Positions 19,456 to 28,525 of a DNA stretch of 64,000 bases are shown here, in pieces. The translations under genes were made by a program, and so were the position numbers. Within the stretch, counting starts at the first letter, position 1; every line of letters begins with the position of its first letter. The stretch comes from Vicinamibacteria bacterium (GTDB taxonomy: Bacteria > Acidobacteriota > Vicinamibacteria > Marinacidobacterales > Marinacidobacteraceae), in contig CAXXLQ010000004.1 of NCBI GenBank assembly GCA_963668695.2, positions 64,001-128,000 of the forward strand. Direction: 5' to 3'. The notes beneath the pieces are model-generated. The model had not been told where the DNA came from, made no database searches, and saw only the letters and a list, made by a program, of their open reading frames with translations.

Positions 19456-20253
19456 CTACGGGAACTCGAGATCGCAGAGGACCGGCGCGTGGTCGGAGGG
19501 AATGTCCTCACCCTTCCGCTGACGCCGCTCGTCCCGGTCTACCCGGACCGATCCGATCCGACCGGCGAGAGGACCGGTCAGATAGATGTGATCGATGCGG
19601 GCGCCGACATTCCTGGCGAAGGCCAGGCGGGTGTAGTCCCACCAGGTGTAGAGGCCCTTTTCCGGTTCCGCCCCCTCCGCGTAGACCGTCCGATAGGCAT
19701 CGGACAGTCCCCACGCGACCACGCCTCGGAGCGCCGTGCGGGCGTCCGGGTGGCAGAGCACCCCTCCCGGGTCCGCCACCGCGGCGTCTTGGTCCTTCGG
19801 GGCCACGTTGAAGTCTCCGCAGAGGATGAGCGGCTCCGCGGGATCCGCGTTGCCGGCAAGATGGTCCCGGAGCGCTCCGAGCCATTCCAGCTTGTACTTC
19901 CAGTCGTCGGTGCGGCTCACCGCCTTCCCGTTCGGTACGTAGGCGGTGATCACCCGGCATCCCGCCGCGCGGACGTCCAGCAGGCGCGCCTCGCCGCGCT
20001 CCCGGCACGGAGGAAGGCCGCGCTCCAGAACCTCCAGAGACTCGCGGGCGAGGATGGCCACCCCGTTCCTCGCGGCCTGGGCGTGCACGACGGCCCGGTA
20101 GCCGGCAGCCTCGATATCCAGCCAGGGGAAGGCCTCCGCGGGAGCGCGAAGCTCCTGGAGACAGAGGATGTCGGGCTCGTGTCTTGCGAGCAGACGGAGC
20201 AGGCGAGGCCGGCGCGTCCGGATCGAATTCAGGTTCCAGGTAATGACGCGCAA
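19456..20253 (-). CDS. xth: Exodeoxyribonuclease III
   Basis: TWNLNSIR, LCLQE, YVPNG, GDFNVA, YTWWDY, RIDHI and SDHAP motifs. Confidence 0.93.
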   Translation of the reverse strand: MRVITWNLNSIRTRRPRLLRLLARHEPDILCLQELRAPAEAFPWLDIEAAGYRAVVHAQAARNGVAILARESLEVLERGLPPCRERGEARLLDVRAAGCRVITAYVPNGKAVSRTDDWKYKLEWLGALRDHLAGNADPAEPLILCGDFNVAPKDQDAAVADPGGVLCHPDARTALRGVVAWGLSDAYRTVYAEGAEPEKGLYTWWDYTRLAFARNVGARIDHIYLTGPLAGRIGSVRVDRDERRQRKGEDIPSDHAPVLCDLEFP

Positions 20254-20317
20254 CGAGACAACCGGGCCGGATCATAGACGGCCCTCAGCCCCTACACTTG
20301 GCGCCCGCCGACCCCGC

Positions 20318-20566
20318 ATGAAAGCCTTCTTTCCGATGCCGCCGCGCGAGCGCGTCGCGCTCTTCGCCCTCGTCGCCTTCTCGACGATCGCCTTCCTGCC
20401 GGTGTTCGGAGAAACGTCGGTGCTCGGCGTCGCGGTCTTCGGTTGGCTGATGGCGGTGCTGCTGCTCGGATCGCCGGCGATGCTTCTCCTGTTGCTCCTT
20501 GCCGAGCCGGACAGGGGAAGCGGCCAGGAGAATCACGAATCGGCGGAACTCCGCCCGGATCCATGA
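20318..20566 (+). CDS. Small two-helix membrane protein, probable SSS accessory subunit
   Basis: Two hydrophobic segments; stop overlaps the symporter ATG (ATGA at 20563), as in small-gene + ActP-type pairs. Confidence 0.6.
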   Translation: MKAFFPMPPRERVALFALVAFSTIAFLPVFGETSVLGVAVFGWLMAVLLLGSPAMLLLLLLAEPDRGSGQENHESAELRPDP

Positions 20567-21993
20567 TCGAACGCTGGCTCGTCCTCGCCTACCTGCTGGT
20601 ATGCGTGGTGGTCGGCGCGCTGGCCACCCGCCGCGTGCTCGGCTCGGAGGACGAGTACTGGGTGGCCGGGCGCCGCGTCGGGACGGGGGTCAACGCGCTC
20701 GCAATCATGGCGAGCCTGGCAAGCGGCGGCTCGCTGATCGGAGTGTTGGGCCTTGCCTACCGGGACGGCATTCCCGCAACGCTCGCGCTGTTCGCAGGGG
20801 CGGTGGTCGGGTTTCCGCTCGCCACCATCCTGGTCGCCGCGCCGCTTCGCCGACTGGCGAAATTCACGATCACCGACTTCATGGTTTTCCGCTACCCCCA
20901 CGGACTGGTGCGGGCGCTGGTCCCGGCGATCATCGTGGTGTCGCTGACCGTCTACATGGTGGCCCAGATGAAGGCCGCCGGGATCACCGCCGAGGCCCTG
21001 CTGGGCGTGGACTACGGGACCGCGATCACCGTCGCCACCCTCGTGTTCGTCCTCTACGTGTCCTTCGGCGGAATGGTTGCCGTAACGGTCACCGACGTGA
21101 TGCAGGGGGCTTTGTTGTTCCTCCTGATGGGGGCTACCGCCGTCATCCTGGCGCTTTCCGCGGGCTCGCCGTTCGCGTCGCTCCAGGCGGCGACCGCGGC
21201 CTCCCCGGCCTTCGGACAGCTCCCCCCGGGGGGATCCGGCTACCTGAGCTACTTCGTGATCTGGGCTTCGGCGATTCCGGTGATCCCCCACATCGTGATG
21301 CGGGTGGCCACCGCCCGGAATCCGCAAAGCGCCCGGGTCTCGCTGAACCTGGCGACGGCCATGTACGGCGTGATGATCCTGGCGGCGATCCTGCTCATCG
21401 CCCCGGTGGGGATCCTCGAATTCCCCGGGCTGACCGACCCGGATCAGGTATTCCTGCGCATCGTGGGCGATCACTTTCCCCCGGTGCTGCGCGGGCTCGC
21501 GGTGGCGGCGGTGCTGGCCGCGGTGATGTCCACCACCGATGCCTTCCTGCTGGCGGTGAGTTCCGCGGTCGCCCACGACTTGCTGGGCGGCTACCTGTCC
21601 CGGAAGAGCAAACGAGCGCAGGCCGCCGCCCGCCTCGGAACCACCTGGCTCGTCGGGGCCGCGGCGCTCTACTGGGCCTGGTCGCCGCCCGAGTTGCTCA
21701 CTCAGTTCTATACCGCCGGCGTCGGTCTGCTCTCGGCGGGGCTCTTCGTGCCGGTGGTCTTCGGCATCTGGTGGCGGCGGGCGAATCTGGTGGGCGGCGT
21801 TTCGGCGCTCGTGTCCGGAGTGACCACCTATTCCGTGCTGCTGCTCGCGGGCCCACAGCTCGGAATCGGGATCGGTCCCATTCTGCTGGCGCTTCCCGTG
21901 AGTCTGTTGGCGATGCTGATCGGCGGGCTGTGGGGCGGACGCGATCCCGCCGAGCGGTTAAGGGCCGTCGAACGACTCCACGGGGCGCAGTAA
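20563..21993 (+). CDS. Sodium:solute symporter family protein
   Basis: YWVAGR, LYVSFGGMVAVTVTDVMQG and AAVMSTTD motifs; many TM helices; start re-called to ATG 20563. Confidence 0.9.
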   Translation: MIERWLVLAYLLVCVVVGALATRRVLGSEDEYWVAGRRVGTGVNALAIMASLASGGSLIGVLGLAYRDGIPATLALFAGAVVGFPLATILVAAPLRRLAKFTITDFMVFRYPHGLVRALVPAIIVVSLTVYMVAQMKAAGITAEALLGVDYGTAITVATLVFVLYVSFGGMVAVTVTDVMQGALLFLLMGATAVILALSAGSPFASLQAATAASPAFGQLPPGGSGYLSYFVIWASAIPVIPHIVMRVATARNPQSARVSLNLATAMYGVMILAAILLIAPVGILEFPGLTDPDQVFLRIVGDHFPPVLRGLAVAAVLAAVMSTTDAFLLAVSSAVAHDLLGGYLSRKSKRAQAAARLGTTWLVGAAALYWAWSPPELLTQFYTAGVGLLSAGLFVPVVFGIWWRRANLVGGVSALVSGVTTYSVLLLAGPQLGIGIGPILLALPVSLLAMLIGGLWGGRDPAERLRAVERLHGAQ

Positions 21994-21996
21994 GGG

Positions 21997-22237
21997 TTAA
22001 CAGCCTGTGGTGAAACCCGCGCGGCCCAGTTCTCCCGGTGGGGGCTCGGCCGGCGATCCATCCCGGCTGAACCACTCCGCTTCGCTGCGTTCTGCGTTGC
22101 GTTTCGGTCGAAATACACCGGGTATTCCTCCCTCACGCGCCTTGTCAGCCGGGCCCCCACCGGGAGGACTGGCCCCACCGGGAGAACTGGGCCTCACCGG
22201 CCTCGGCGCTCACCCGGGTTCCACCACAGGCTGTTAG
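21997..22237. mobile_element. MITE copy with three 20-mer inserts
   Basis: TTAA-CAGCCTGTGGTGAAACCCG ... CGGGTTCCACCACAGGCTG-TTAG terminal inverted repeats (1 mismatch). Confidence 0.85.
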
Positions 22238-22240
22238 ACG

Positions 22241-23689
22241 TTGCCGGCCGCTATCTCGGGGGCCGTACTGCTGCTCTACACCGCCCTTCTGTTCGGGATC
22301 GCGTGGATCTCCAGCCGCCGCGTCCACAACTTCTCGGACTACCTGGTCGCCGGCCGGCGTCTCGGGACACCGCTCGCCTCGCTGAGCCTGCTCGCCACCT
22401 GGTTCGGGGCCGGCACGCTCCTCGCTTCCGCCGAAGAAGTCCGGTCCGTAGGGTTGTCGGCAGCCGCCCTGGAGCCCATCGGTCCTGGGATCTGCTTGTT
22501 GCTGGTCGGTCTGTTCTACGCGGCCCCGCTCCGGCGGCAGGGGCTCCTGACGCTCGGGGATTTCTTCGCCGGCCGTTTCGGCCGAAGCGCGGAGATCGTC
22601 TCGGCCGCCATCATGGTTCCGAGCTTTTTCGGCTGGATCGCCGCCCAGTTCTCGGTGTTGGCCGCGCTCCTCGGCGAACTCTTCCAAATCCCGCTCGCTG
22701 CGGGTCTCCTGTTGGTCGCCGCCGTTGCCGTCGGCTACACGCTGATCGGGGGGATGTGGTCGGTGACCCTCACCGACGCGGTACAAGGGGTCATCGTGGG
22801 CTTCGCGCTCATCGCCCTCGGAGTTTCCGCCCTGGCCGAACTGGGCGCCGGATCGGCCTTGGGAGGGCTGGCCCGGCTCGGACGCGAGACGCCGCCGGAT
22901 CTGCTCGCCGTCGTACCCAGCGAAATGACCGCGCTGTTCGCCTGGTCCGGACTCCTGATCGCAGGCGCCCTCGGGAACATCCCCGGACAGGACGTGCTGC
23001 AGCGGGTGTTCTCCTCACGCTCGGAACAGGTGGCCCGGCGCGCCTGCCTGATCGCCGGCAGCCTCTACCTCGGCCTCGGCGCCATCCCGGTGATGCTGGG
23101 ACTGGCCAGCCGCCTCCTGCTACCCGGGCATGAAGGCGACATGCTGGCCGCGCTCGGCCGCATTCTCTTCAGTCCCCTCGCAGCACTGGGGCTCATCTTG
23201 CTGGTGGTTTCGGCGCTCCTGTCGACCGTGGACAGCGCGCTAATATCGGCCGCGTCCGTACTGGCGCAGAACCTGCTCCGCCACCCCCTGCCCCGGGTGG
23301 GGCTCTTGCGTTTGAGCCGGCTCTCAGTCCTGATGGTCGGTGCGGCGAGTCTCTTCTATGCGTTTCGTGGTCTCAATGCGTACTCCCTGCTGGAGGACGC
23401 GTACGAGCTCACGCTCGTGGGGCTGTTCGTACCGTTGACCGCAGGACTCTTCTCGGAACGCGGCGGACGCTTCGCCGCGCTCACCTCGATGGCCGGCGGC
23501 ACCGTTTTGTGGATCATTCATCTGGCGTTCGGGTGGGACTGGTTCCTCGAGCCCGCGCTGTATTCCGCCGGCATAACGATTCCGAAGGCCATCGGCCTGA
23601 CGGCCGCGAGCGGCGCCGGGTACCTGCTCGGGGCGGCCTTCGACACCGCGAGCCGGCGGCGGCCCCCGCGCCCGGGAGCCGCCGCCTGA
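22241..23689 (+). CDS. Sodium:solute symporter family protein (choline-transporter-like subgroup)
   Basis: YLVAGRRL, ATWFGAG, YTLIGGMWSVTLTDAVQ, GNIPGQDVLQRVFS and LSTVDS motifs. Confidence 0.88.
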   Translation: MPAAISGAVLLLYTALLFGIAWISSRRVHNFSDYLVAGRRLGTPLASLSLLATWFGAGTLLASAEEVRSVGLSAAALEPIGPGICLLLVGLFYAAPLRRQGLLTLGDFFAGRFGRSAEIVSAAIMVPSFFGWIAAQFSVLAALLGELFQIPLAAGLLLVAAVAVGYTLIGGMWSVTLTDAVQGVIVGFALIALGVSALAELGAGSALGGLARLGRETPPDLLAVVPSEMTALFAWSGLLIAGALGNIPGQDVLQRVFSSRSEQVARRACLIAGSLYLGLGAIPVMLGLASRLLLPGHEGDMLAALGRILFSPLAALGLILLVVSALLSTVDSALISAASVLAQNLLRHPLPRVGLLRLSRLSVLMVGAASLFYAFRGLNAYSLLEDAYELTLVGLFVPLTAGLFSERGGRFAALTSMAGGTVLWIIHLAFGWDWFLEPALYSAGITIPKAIGLTAASGAGYLLGAAFDTASRRRPPRPGAAA

Positions 23690-23696
23690 GCGCCCG

Positions 23697-25136
23697 ATGA
23701 GCGAGTTCCGCAACCGCGCCGAATCGCTGCGGCGCCGCTCCCGTGCGCTCGAGCCGGATGCGGAAGAGCGGCGCACGCTCACCGAGGCAACCATCCGCCA
23801 CACCGAGGAGTTTCTGGAGGGCCTGATCAGCGGCCCGTCCTGGGTTCCGCCGAGGGAATCCCGGGAAATCACCGAACTTCCCATCGGCGCGGAAGGCCGC
23901 CCCTTTCCCGAACTCCTGGATCTGGTTCGGCGAGAGGTCGAGCAGCAGGGTCTGAACCCTGCATCCCCGCGCGATCTGGGCTACGTCCCCGGCGGCGGGA
24001 TTTTCGTATCGGCGCTCGGCGACTACCTGGCGGCCGTCGGGAATGCATTCGCCGGGTATTTCCCCGCCTCGCCGGGAGCGGCCCGCGTGGAAAACCGGCT
24101 CGTGGAATGGATCGCCGAGATCGTGGGCTACCCGAAAGAAGCCGGAGGGACGCTGACTTCAGGGGGAAGCGTCGCCACCCTGACCGGGGTCATCGCCGCC
24201 CGCGAGGCCAAGGGACTCCGCTCAACCGACTTCTCCCGGGCATCGATCTACGTGACCAGCCAGGAGCACTATTCGGTCCGCAAGGCGGTCCACCTCGCGG
24301 GTGTGGGTGAGGCGCCCTGCCGGATCGTCGCCGTGGACGGCGCTTTCCGCATGGCTCCGGAATCCCTGGCCGCCCAGATCCGGAAGGATCGCGCCGACGG
24401 CCTGCTGCCCTGGCTCGTAGTCAGCACCGCCGGCACCACGAACACCGGCGCGGTGGATCCGCTGGACGCGATATCCGAGATCGCGCGGGCCGCCGGCGTC
24501 TGGCACCATGTGGACGCGGCCTACGGCGGGTTCTACCTGCTCGTTCCGGCGCGGCGGGATCTGTTCCGGGGCATCGAGAAGTCGGACTCCGTCGTACTGG
24601 ATCCCCACAAGAGCCTGTTTCTTCCCTATGGAAGCGGCGCGCTCGTGGTCCGGAATGCGGCGCACTTCGACACGTTCCGCTTCCAGGCCCCCTATCTCCT
24701 TGATAAGCCGCAGAAGGAAGTCTCCCCTTCCGAGCGGTCGATCGAACTCACCCGGCACTTCCGCGGGATGCGCCTCTTCCTGCCGCTGCTACTCCACGGC
24801 ACCGAGGCATTCGCGGCCGCGCTCGAAGAGAAGTGGTGGCTTGCCCGCTACCTCCAGGACGAACTCGGTCGCTGGGAGGACATCGAGGTGGGGCCGGAGC
24901 CCGAACTTTCGACCATGTGCTTCCGCTACCGGCCGGAAGGTCGGACCGAAGAGGAAACGGATGAACTCAACCGCCGGATCGTCGCGGCGCTCCACGCCGA
25001 CGGCCGGATCTTCGTCACCGCCACCTACCTGAACGAACGCTTCTGGCTCCGGCCCTCGATCGGCATCTTCCGCACCCACATCGAGCACCTCGACGAGTTT
25101 CTGGAGATCCTGAAAGGCTTCATCGCGGAGCTCTGA
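23697..25136 (+). CDS. Group II PLP-dependent amino acid decarboxylase
   Basis: TSGGSVAT, HYSVRKA, TAGTTNTGAVDPL, HVDAAYGG and DPHKSL (PLP lysine) motifs. Confidence 0.92.
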   Translation: MSEFRNRAESLRRRSRALEPDAEERRTLTEATIRHTEEFLEGLISGPSWVPPRESREITELPIGAEGRPFPELLDLVRREVEQQGLNPASPRDLGYVPGGGIFVSALGDYLAAVGNAFAGYFPASPGAARVENRLVEWIAEIVGYPKEAGGTLTSGGSVATLTGVIAAREAKGLRSTDFSRASIYVTSQEHYSVRKAVHLAGVGEAPCRIVAVDGAFRMAPESLAAQIRKDRADGLLPWLVVSTAGTTNTGAVDPLDAISEIARAAGVWHHVDAAYGGFYLLVPARRDLFRGIEKSDSVVLDPHKSLFLPYGSGALVVRNAAHFDTFRFQAPYLLDKPQKEVSPSERSIELTRHFRGMRLFLPLLLHGTEAFAAALEEKWWLARYLQDELGRWEDIEVGPEPELSTMCFRYRPEGRTEEETDELNRRIVAALHADGRIFVTATYLNERFWLRPSIGIFRTHIEHLDEFLEILKGFIAEL

Positions 25137-25141
25137 GGCAA

Positions 25142-25250
25142 GAGACCGCCAACAGGCCGGGCGGCACCGCCAGCGAGGGGCCCCCACCGGGAGAACTGGC
25201 CGCCGACCTCCAGGTCGGCCCTGCGAGAGACCGCCGACCTCCAGGTCGGC
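25142..25250. repeat. REP-like hairpins GCCGAC-CTCCAG-GTCGGC x2, the first preceded by a 20-mer insert
   Basis: Two perfect stems at ~25202-25219 and ~25233-25250; 20-mer at 25180-25199. Confidence 0.7.
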
Positions 25251-25419
25251 AACTGCCGCGCGCAAGCGCGGCGAAACGCGGTCTACAACCCTTATTCCGT
25301 GCAAATCGTCCCGTGGACGGTACGTTTTGCACGGAACACCGTCCCTTTGTCCCTGTCAGGCCGCGCGTCGGTATCACGAGCGTTAATGCCGGCAGACCTG
25401 CGGTAGGCTCCATCCAGCC

Positions 25420-25797
25420 ATGGGTCGAGCGGCGGTGCAAGGGAACCCCGATCCTCCTGGGGCCGCTGCGGTGACCGACGCCGTGATCGCCGAGATGGTC
25501 GAGACGCTCGTAATGGAGGCCGATCCCGAACAGGTCATCCTCTTCGGGTCTCGCGGCCGCGGCGACGCGCGGGCCGACTCGGACGTGGACCTGATCGTGG
25601 TGGAGGCGGAACCCTTCGGTCCCGGCCGGGACCGCGTGAAGGAGATGGCGCGGCTCTACAAGGCGCTCGCTGGATTTCTGGTTCCGGCCGACATCCTCGT
25701 GTACTCGCGAGAGGATGTGGAGTACTGGCGGGATTCGCTGAACCATGTCCTGGCGCGAGCGCTCCGCGAAGGCAGGGTCGTCTATGAGCGACCCTAG
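25420..25797 (+). CDS. Minimal nucleotidyltransferase (MNT) antitoxin
   Basis: ILFGSRGRGDARADSDVDLIV (GS..DxD) motif. Confidence 0.88.
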   Translation: MGRAAVQGNPDPPGAAAVTDAVIAEMVETLVMEADPEQVILFGSRGRGDARADSDVDLIVVEAEPFGPGRDRVKEMARLYKALAGFLVPADILVYSREDVEYWRDSLNHVLARALREGRVVYERP

Positions 25798-26206
25798 GTG
25801 CGCCGACGCGATGCTTCGAGCGGCGGAGCGCGATCTGCTGACCCTCCGGAGCATGAATCACGAAGCGCCGGAAGAGTCCTTCGGGTTCCACCTCCAGCAG
25901 GCCGCCGAGAAGGCTTTGAAAGCATGGATCGCGGCACTGGGGGACCAGTATCCGCTGACGCACAGCATTGAGACACTGGCGAGGCGCCTCGAAGCCCTGT
26001 CCGTGGTGACGGAGCCCTTCGCACCGCTCGCCGAATTCACGCCCTACGCCGTGACCTTTCGGTATGAGGGGGTCGGTCCGGAAGCCGAACCGATCGACCG
26101 CGAGGCGATGATCGCACTGGTGGATACGCTGCTTGAGCGAGTGCGCGCCGAGGTCCGCAGTGGGCCTGAGGCACCGAGGTCACCTACCGACCGTCCGCCT
26201 GAGTAA
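25784..26206 (+). CDS. HEPN domain protein
   Basis: FHLQQAAEKALKA, THSI and YAVTFRY motifs; overlaps the MNT gene; start re-called to ATG 25784. Confidence 0.85.
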   Translation: MSDPRCADAMLRAAERDLLTLRSMNHEAPEESFGFHLQQAAEKALKAWIAALGDQYPLTHSIETLARRLEALSVVTEPFAPLAEFTPYAVTFRYEGVGPEAEPIDREAMIALVDTLLERVRAEVRSGPEAPRSPTDRPPE

Positions 26207-26274
26207 CCCGCGGCACGTTACTCCCGCGACCTGGGATCACGATCCCGACCGAGACACTGCGGCGGTCTGGACCA

Positions 26275-26634
26275 TGATCGCTCACCACCAGTTGGCCGGA
26301 CACGAAGGTGGGGGCGTCTTTCGAGGGGTTCGCGATCAAGCAGGTGCTGTCCTGCCTGGGGCTCGGAAACGCGTCCTTCCGGGGCACCCCGGGCCGAGCC
26401 GAGCTCGACCTGTTGATCACCCACGGCGGGAAGCGACACGGCTTCGAGGTCAAGTACGCGGACGCACCGGGCACGACACGGTCAATGCACACCGCCATCG
26501 CGGATCTGGGACTCGAACACCGGTGGGTGATCTATCCGGGGAGCGAGCGCTACCGGTTGCGCGAGAAGATCACCGCGCTGCCGATCGGTCACGTTCCCTT
26601 CGTATTTGGCGACGGGAGTCCGGTTATCCCCTGA
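26275..26634 (+). pseudogene. C-terminal remnant of an AAA_14/DUF4143 ATP-binding protein, frameshifted
   Basis: LAGH|KVGASFEGF...AELDLL...FEVK: frame breaks at 26304 where the usual GHPK proline codon is reduced to one G; no Walker A domain upstream. Confidence 0.72.
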
Positions 26635-26658
26635 GAACTGCCGGTCGCGGCTTGGCCT

Positions 26659-27046
26659 TTAACAGCCTGTGGTGAAACCCACGTGAGCGCCGAGGCCGGC
26701 CAGTTCTCCCGGTGGGGGCGAGGCGCCCGGCTGACAAGGCGCGTGAGGGAGGAATACCGCGTGTATTCCGACCGAAACGCAACGCAGAACGCAGCGAAGC
26801 GGAGTGGTGAACAGCCGGTGGTGGAACCCACGGGAGCGCCGAGGCCGGCGAGGCGCCCGGTTGACAAGGCGCGTGAGGGAGGAATACCGCGTGTATTTCG
26901 ACCGAAACGCAACGATGAGCGGCGCGCAGCGACGCGGTTCAGCCGGGATGGATCGCCGGGCGAACGCCGCGTGGGTTTCATCACCGGTTGTTTGGCCGGG
27001 ATGGATCGCCGGTCGAACGCCGCGTGGGTTTTGCCACAGGCTGTTA
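26659..27046. mobile_element. Nested MITE: complete inner copy (~26810-26992) inside an outer copy
   Basis: Two sets of CAGCC(T/G)GTGG termini; outer sequence gcggagtggt...gccgggatgg is split by the inner copy. Confidence 0.8.
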
Positions 27047-28348
27047 CGGGCTCTTGACCACCTCGCCGCCCTTCATGACGAACTTCACGTCCTCGAGGAG
27101 CCGGATGTCGTCGAGCGGGTTGCCCGCCACCGCGATGATGTCGGCCAGCTTGCCGTCCTCGATGGAGCCGAGGTCCGCCTCCCAGCGGAGCAGTTCCGCG
27201 GCGTTGATGGTGGCCGTCTGGATCGCCGCCATCGGCGAGATGTCCATCGCATCCACCATGATGGCGAAGTCCCGGGCGTTCCTGCCGTGCGGGAACACCG
27301 CGGCGTCCGTCCCGTAGGCGAACTTCACGCCGGCGTGGAAAGCGGCGGCGAGCCGCTCGCGCTGCTGGGCCGCCATCTCTTTCGCCTTCTGGATGGCGTA
27401 TTCGGGGATGTCGTTGTCGGCCCCTTCGTCAATGATGTAGTCGAGCGTGTAGAGGGTGGGAACGACGAAAGTGCCGTGCTCCTTTGCGAGGCGGATCCCC
27501 TCATCGTCGATCAGGGTTCCGTGCTCGATGCTGGCCACCCCGGCGCGGATCGCATCGTTCATGGCCGCCGGCGAGTGGGCGTGCGCCGCCACCGGGGTGT
27601 CGAGCATGTCCGCGGTCTCGACGATCGCCTTCAGTTCATCGAAGGAGTACGCCTGGTCGTACACCGAGTCGCCGTGCGAAAGCACCCCGCCGGAGGCGGT
27701 CACCTTGATGACGTCGGCGCCGTACTTGACCTGGTAGCGCACGGCGCGGCGCAGTTCGTCGGCGCCATCCGCGATCATCGCGTAGCCGGGGGTCGGCACG
27801 TCGGGGTTCCAGCCGTTGATGTCGGCGTGTCCGCCCGTCGAACCCACGCCCCAGGTCGCCGCCTGGATCCGGGGTCCCGGAACGACGCCCCGCTCGATCA
27901 TGTCGCGGAGCGCCGCGTCGTGATAGTTCCCCGCGCCGATGTTGCGAACGCTGGTGAAGCCCTTTTCCAGGGTGATCTTCGCGTGCGCCACCGCGTAGAT
28001 CGCCTCGTGGGCGACCGTCTCCCGCATCTTCTGGGTGTCCCCGCCGTCGCCCGGAATGCCGCCGAGGTGGACGTGGCAGTCGAAGAGTCCGGGAAGGATG
28101 GTGTGGCCGCTCAGATCCAGCACGGTCGCACCCGGCGGGATCGGAATCGCCCCCATGGGGCCGACAGCGGTGATCCGCTCTCCCTCGATGACCACCTCGG
28201 GGTTCAGGATGGGAGGGACGTCGGTGCCGACAATGAGCCGGTCGGCCCGGATCACCACCGCAGTTTCGGACTGCCATCCGGCCGCTGGAAGCGCGGCGAG
28301 AACGGCGACGCCGAGGGCGAGAGTCAAGCGGCAGAACGAATTGCGCAT
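27044..28348 (-). CDS. Metal-dependent amidohydrolase (Xaa-Pro dipeptidase-like), exported
   Basis: PGLFDCHVH, GADVIK, AHAH, SIEHG, GTDA, GKLADIIAV and VMKGG motifs; signal peptide. Confidence 0.92.
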   Translation of the reverse strand: MRNSFCRLTLALGVAVLAALPAAGWQSETAVVIRADRLIVGTDVPPILNPEVVIEGERITAVGPMGAIPIPPGATVLDLSGHTILPGLFDCHVHLGGIPGDGGDTQKMRETVAHEAIYAVAHAKITLEKGFTSVRNIGAGNYHDAALRDMIERGVVPGPRIQAATWGVGSTGGHADINGWNPDVPTPGYAMIADGADELRRAVRYQVKYGADVIKVTASGGVLSHGDSVYDQAYSFDELKAIVETADMLDTPVAAHAHSPAAMNDAIRAGVASIEHGTLIDDEGIRLAKEHGTFVVPTLYTLDYIIDEGADNDIPEYAIQKAKEMAAQQRERLAAAFHAGVKFAYGTDAAVFPHGRNARDFAIMVDAMDISPMAAIQTATINAAELLRWEADLGSIEDGKLADIIAVAGNPLDDIRLLEDVKFVMKGGEVVKSP

Positions 28349-28525
28349 CGGAAATCCCTCCGGGAGAAGCGGGCGATCGTACCCGGATTTCGGTGGGGCC
28401 AGGCACCTTCAGCGCTGTCCGGGGAGGCGAAATTGCGCATCTCGCCCCGCTCCGGGGGGCGGTTCCCGCCCCCACCAGGAGAACTGGCCGGCGTTCCCGC
28501 ATTCCCGGCGGATAATCGGCGGGTC

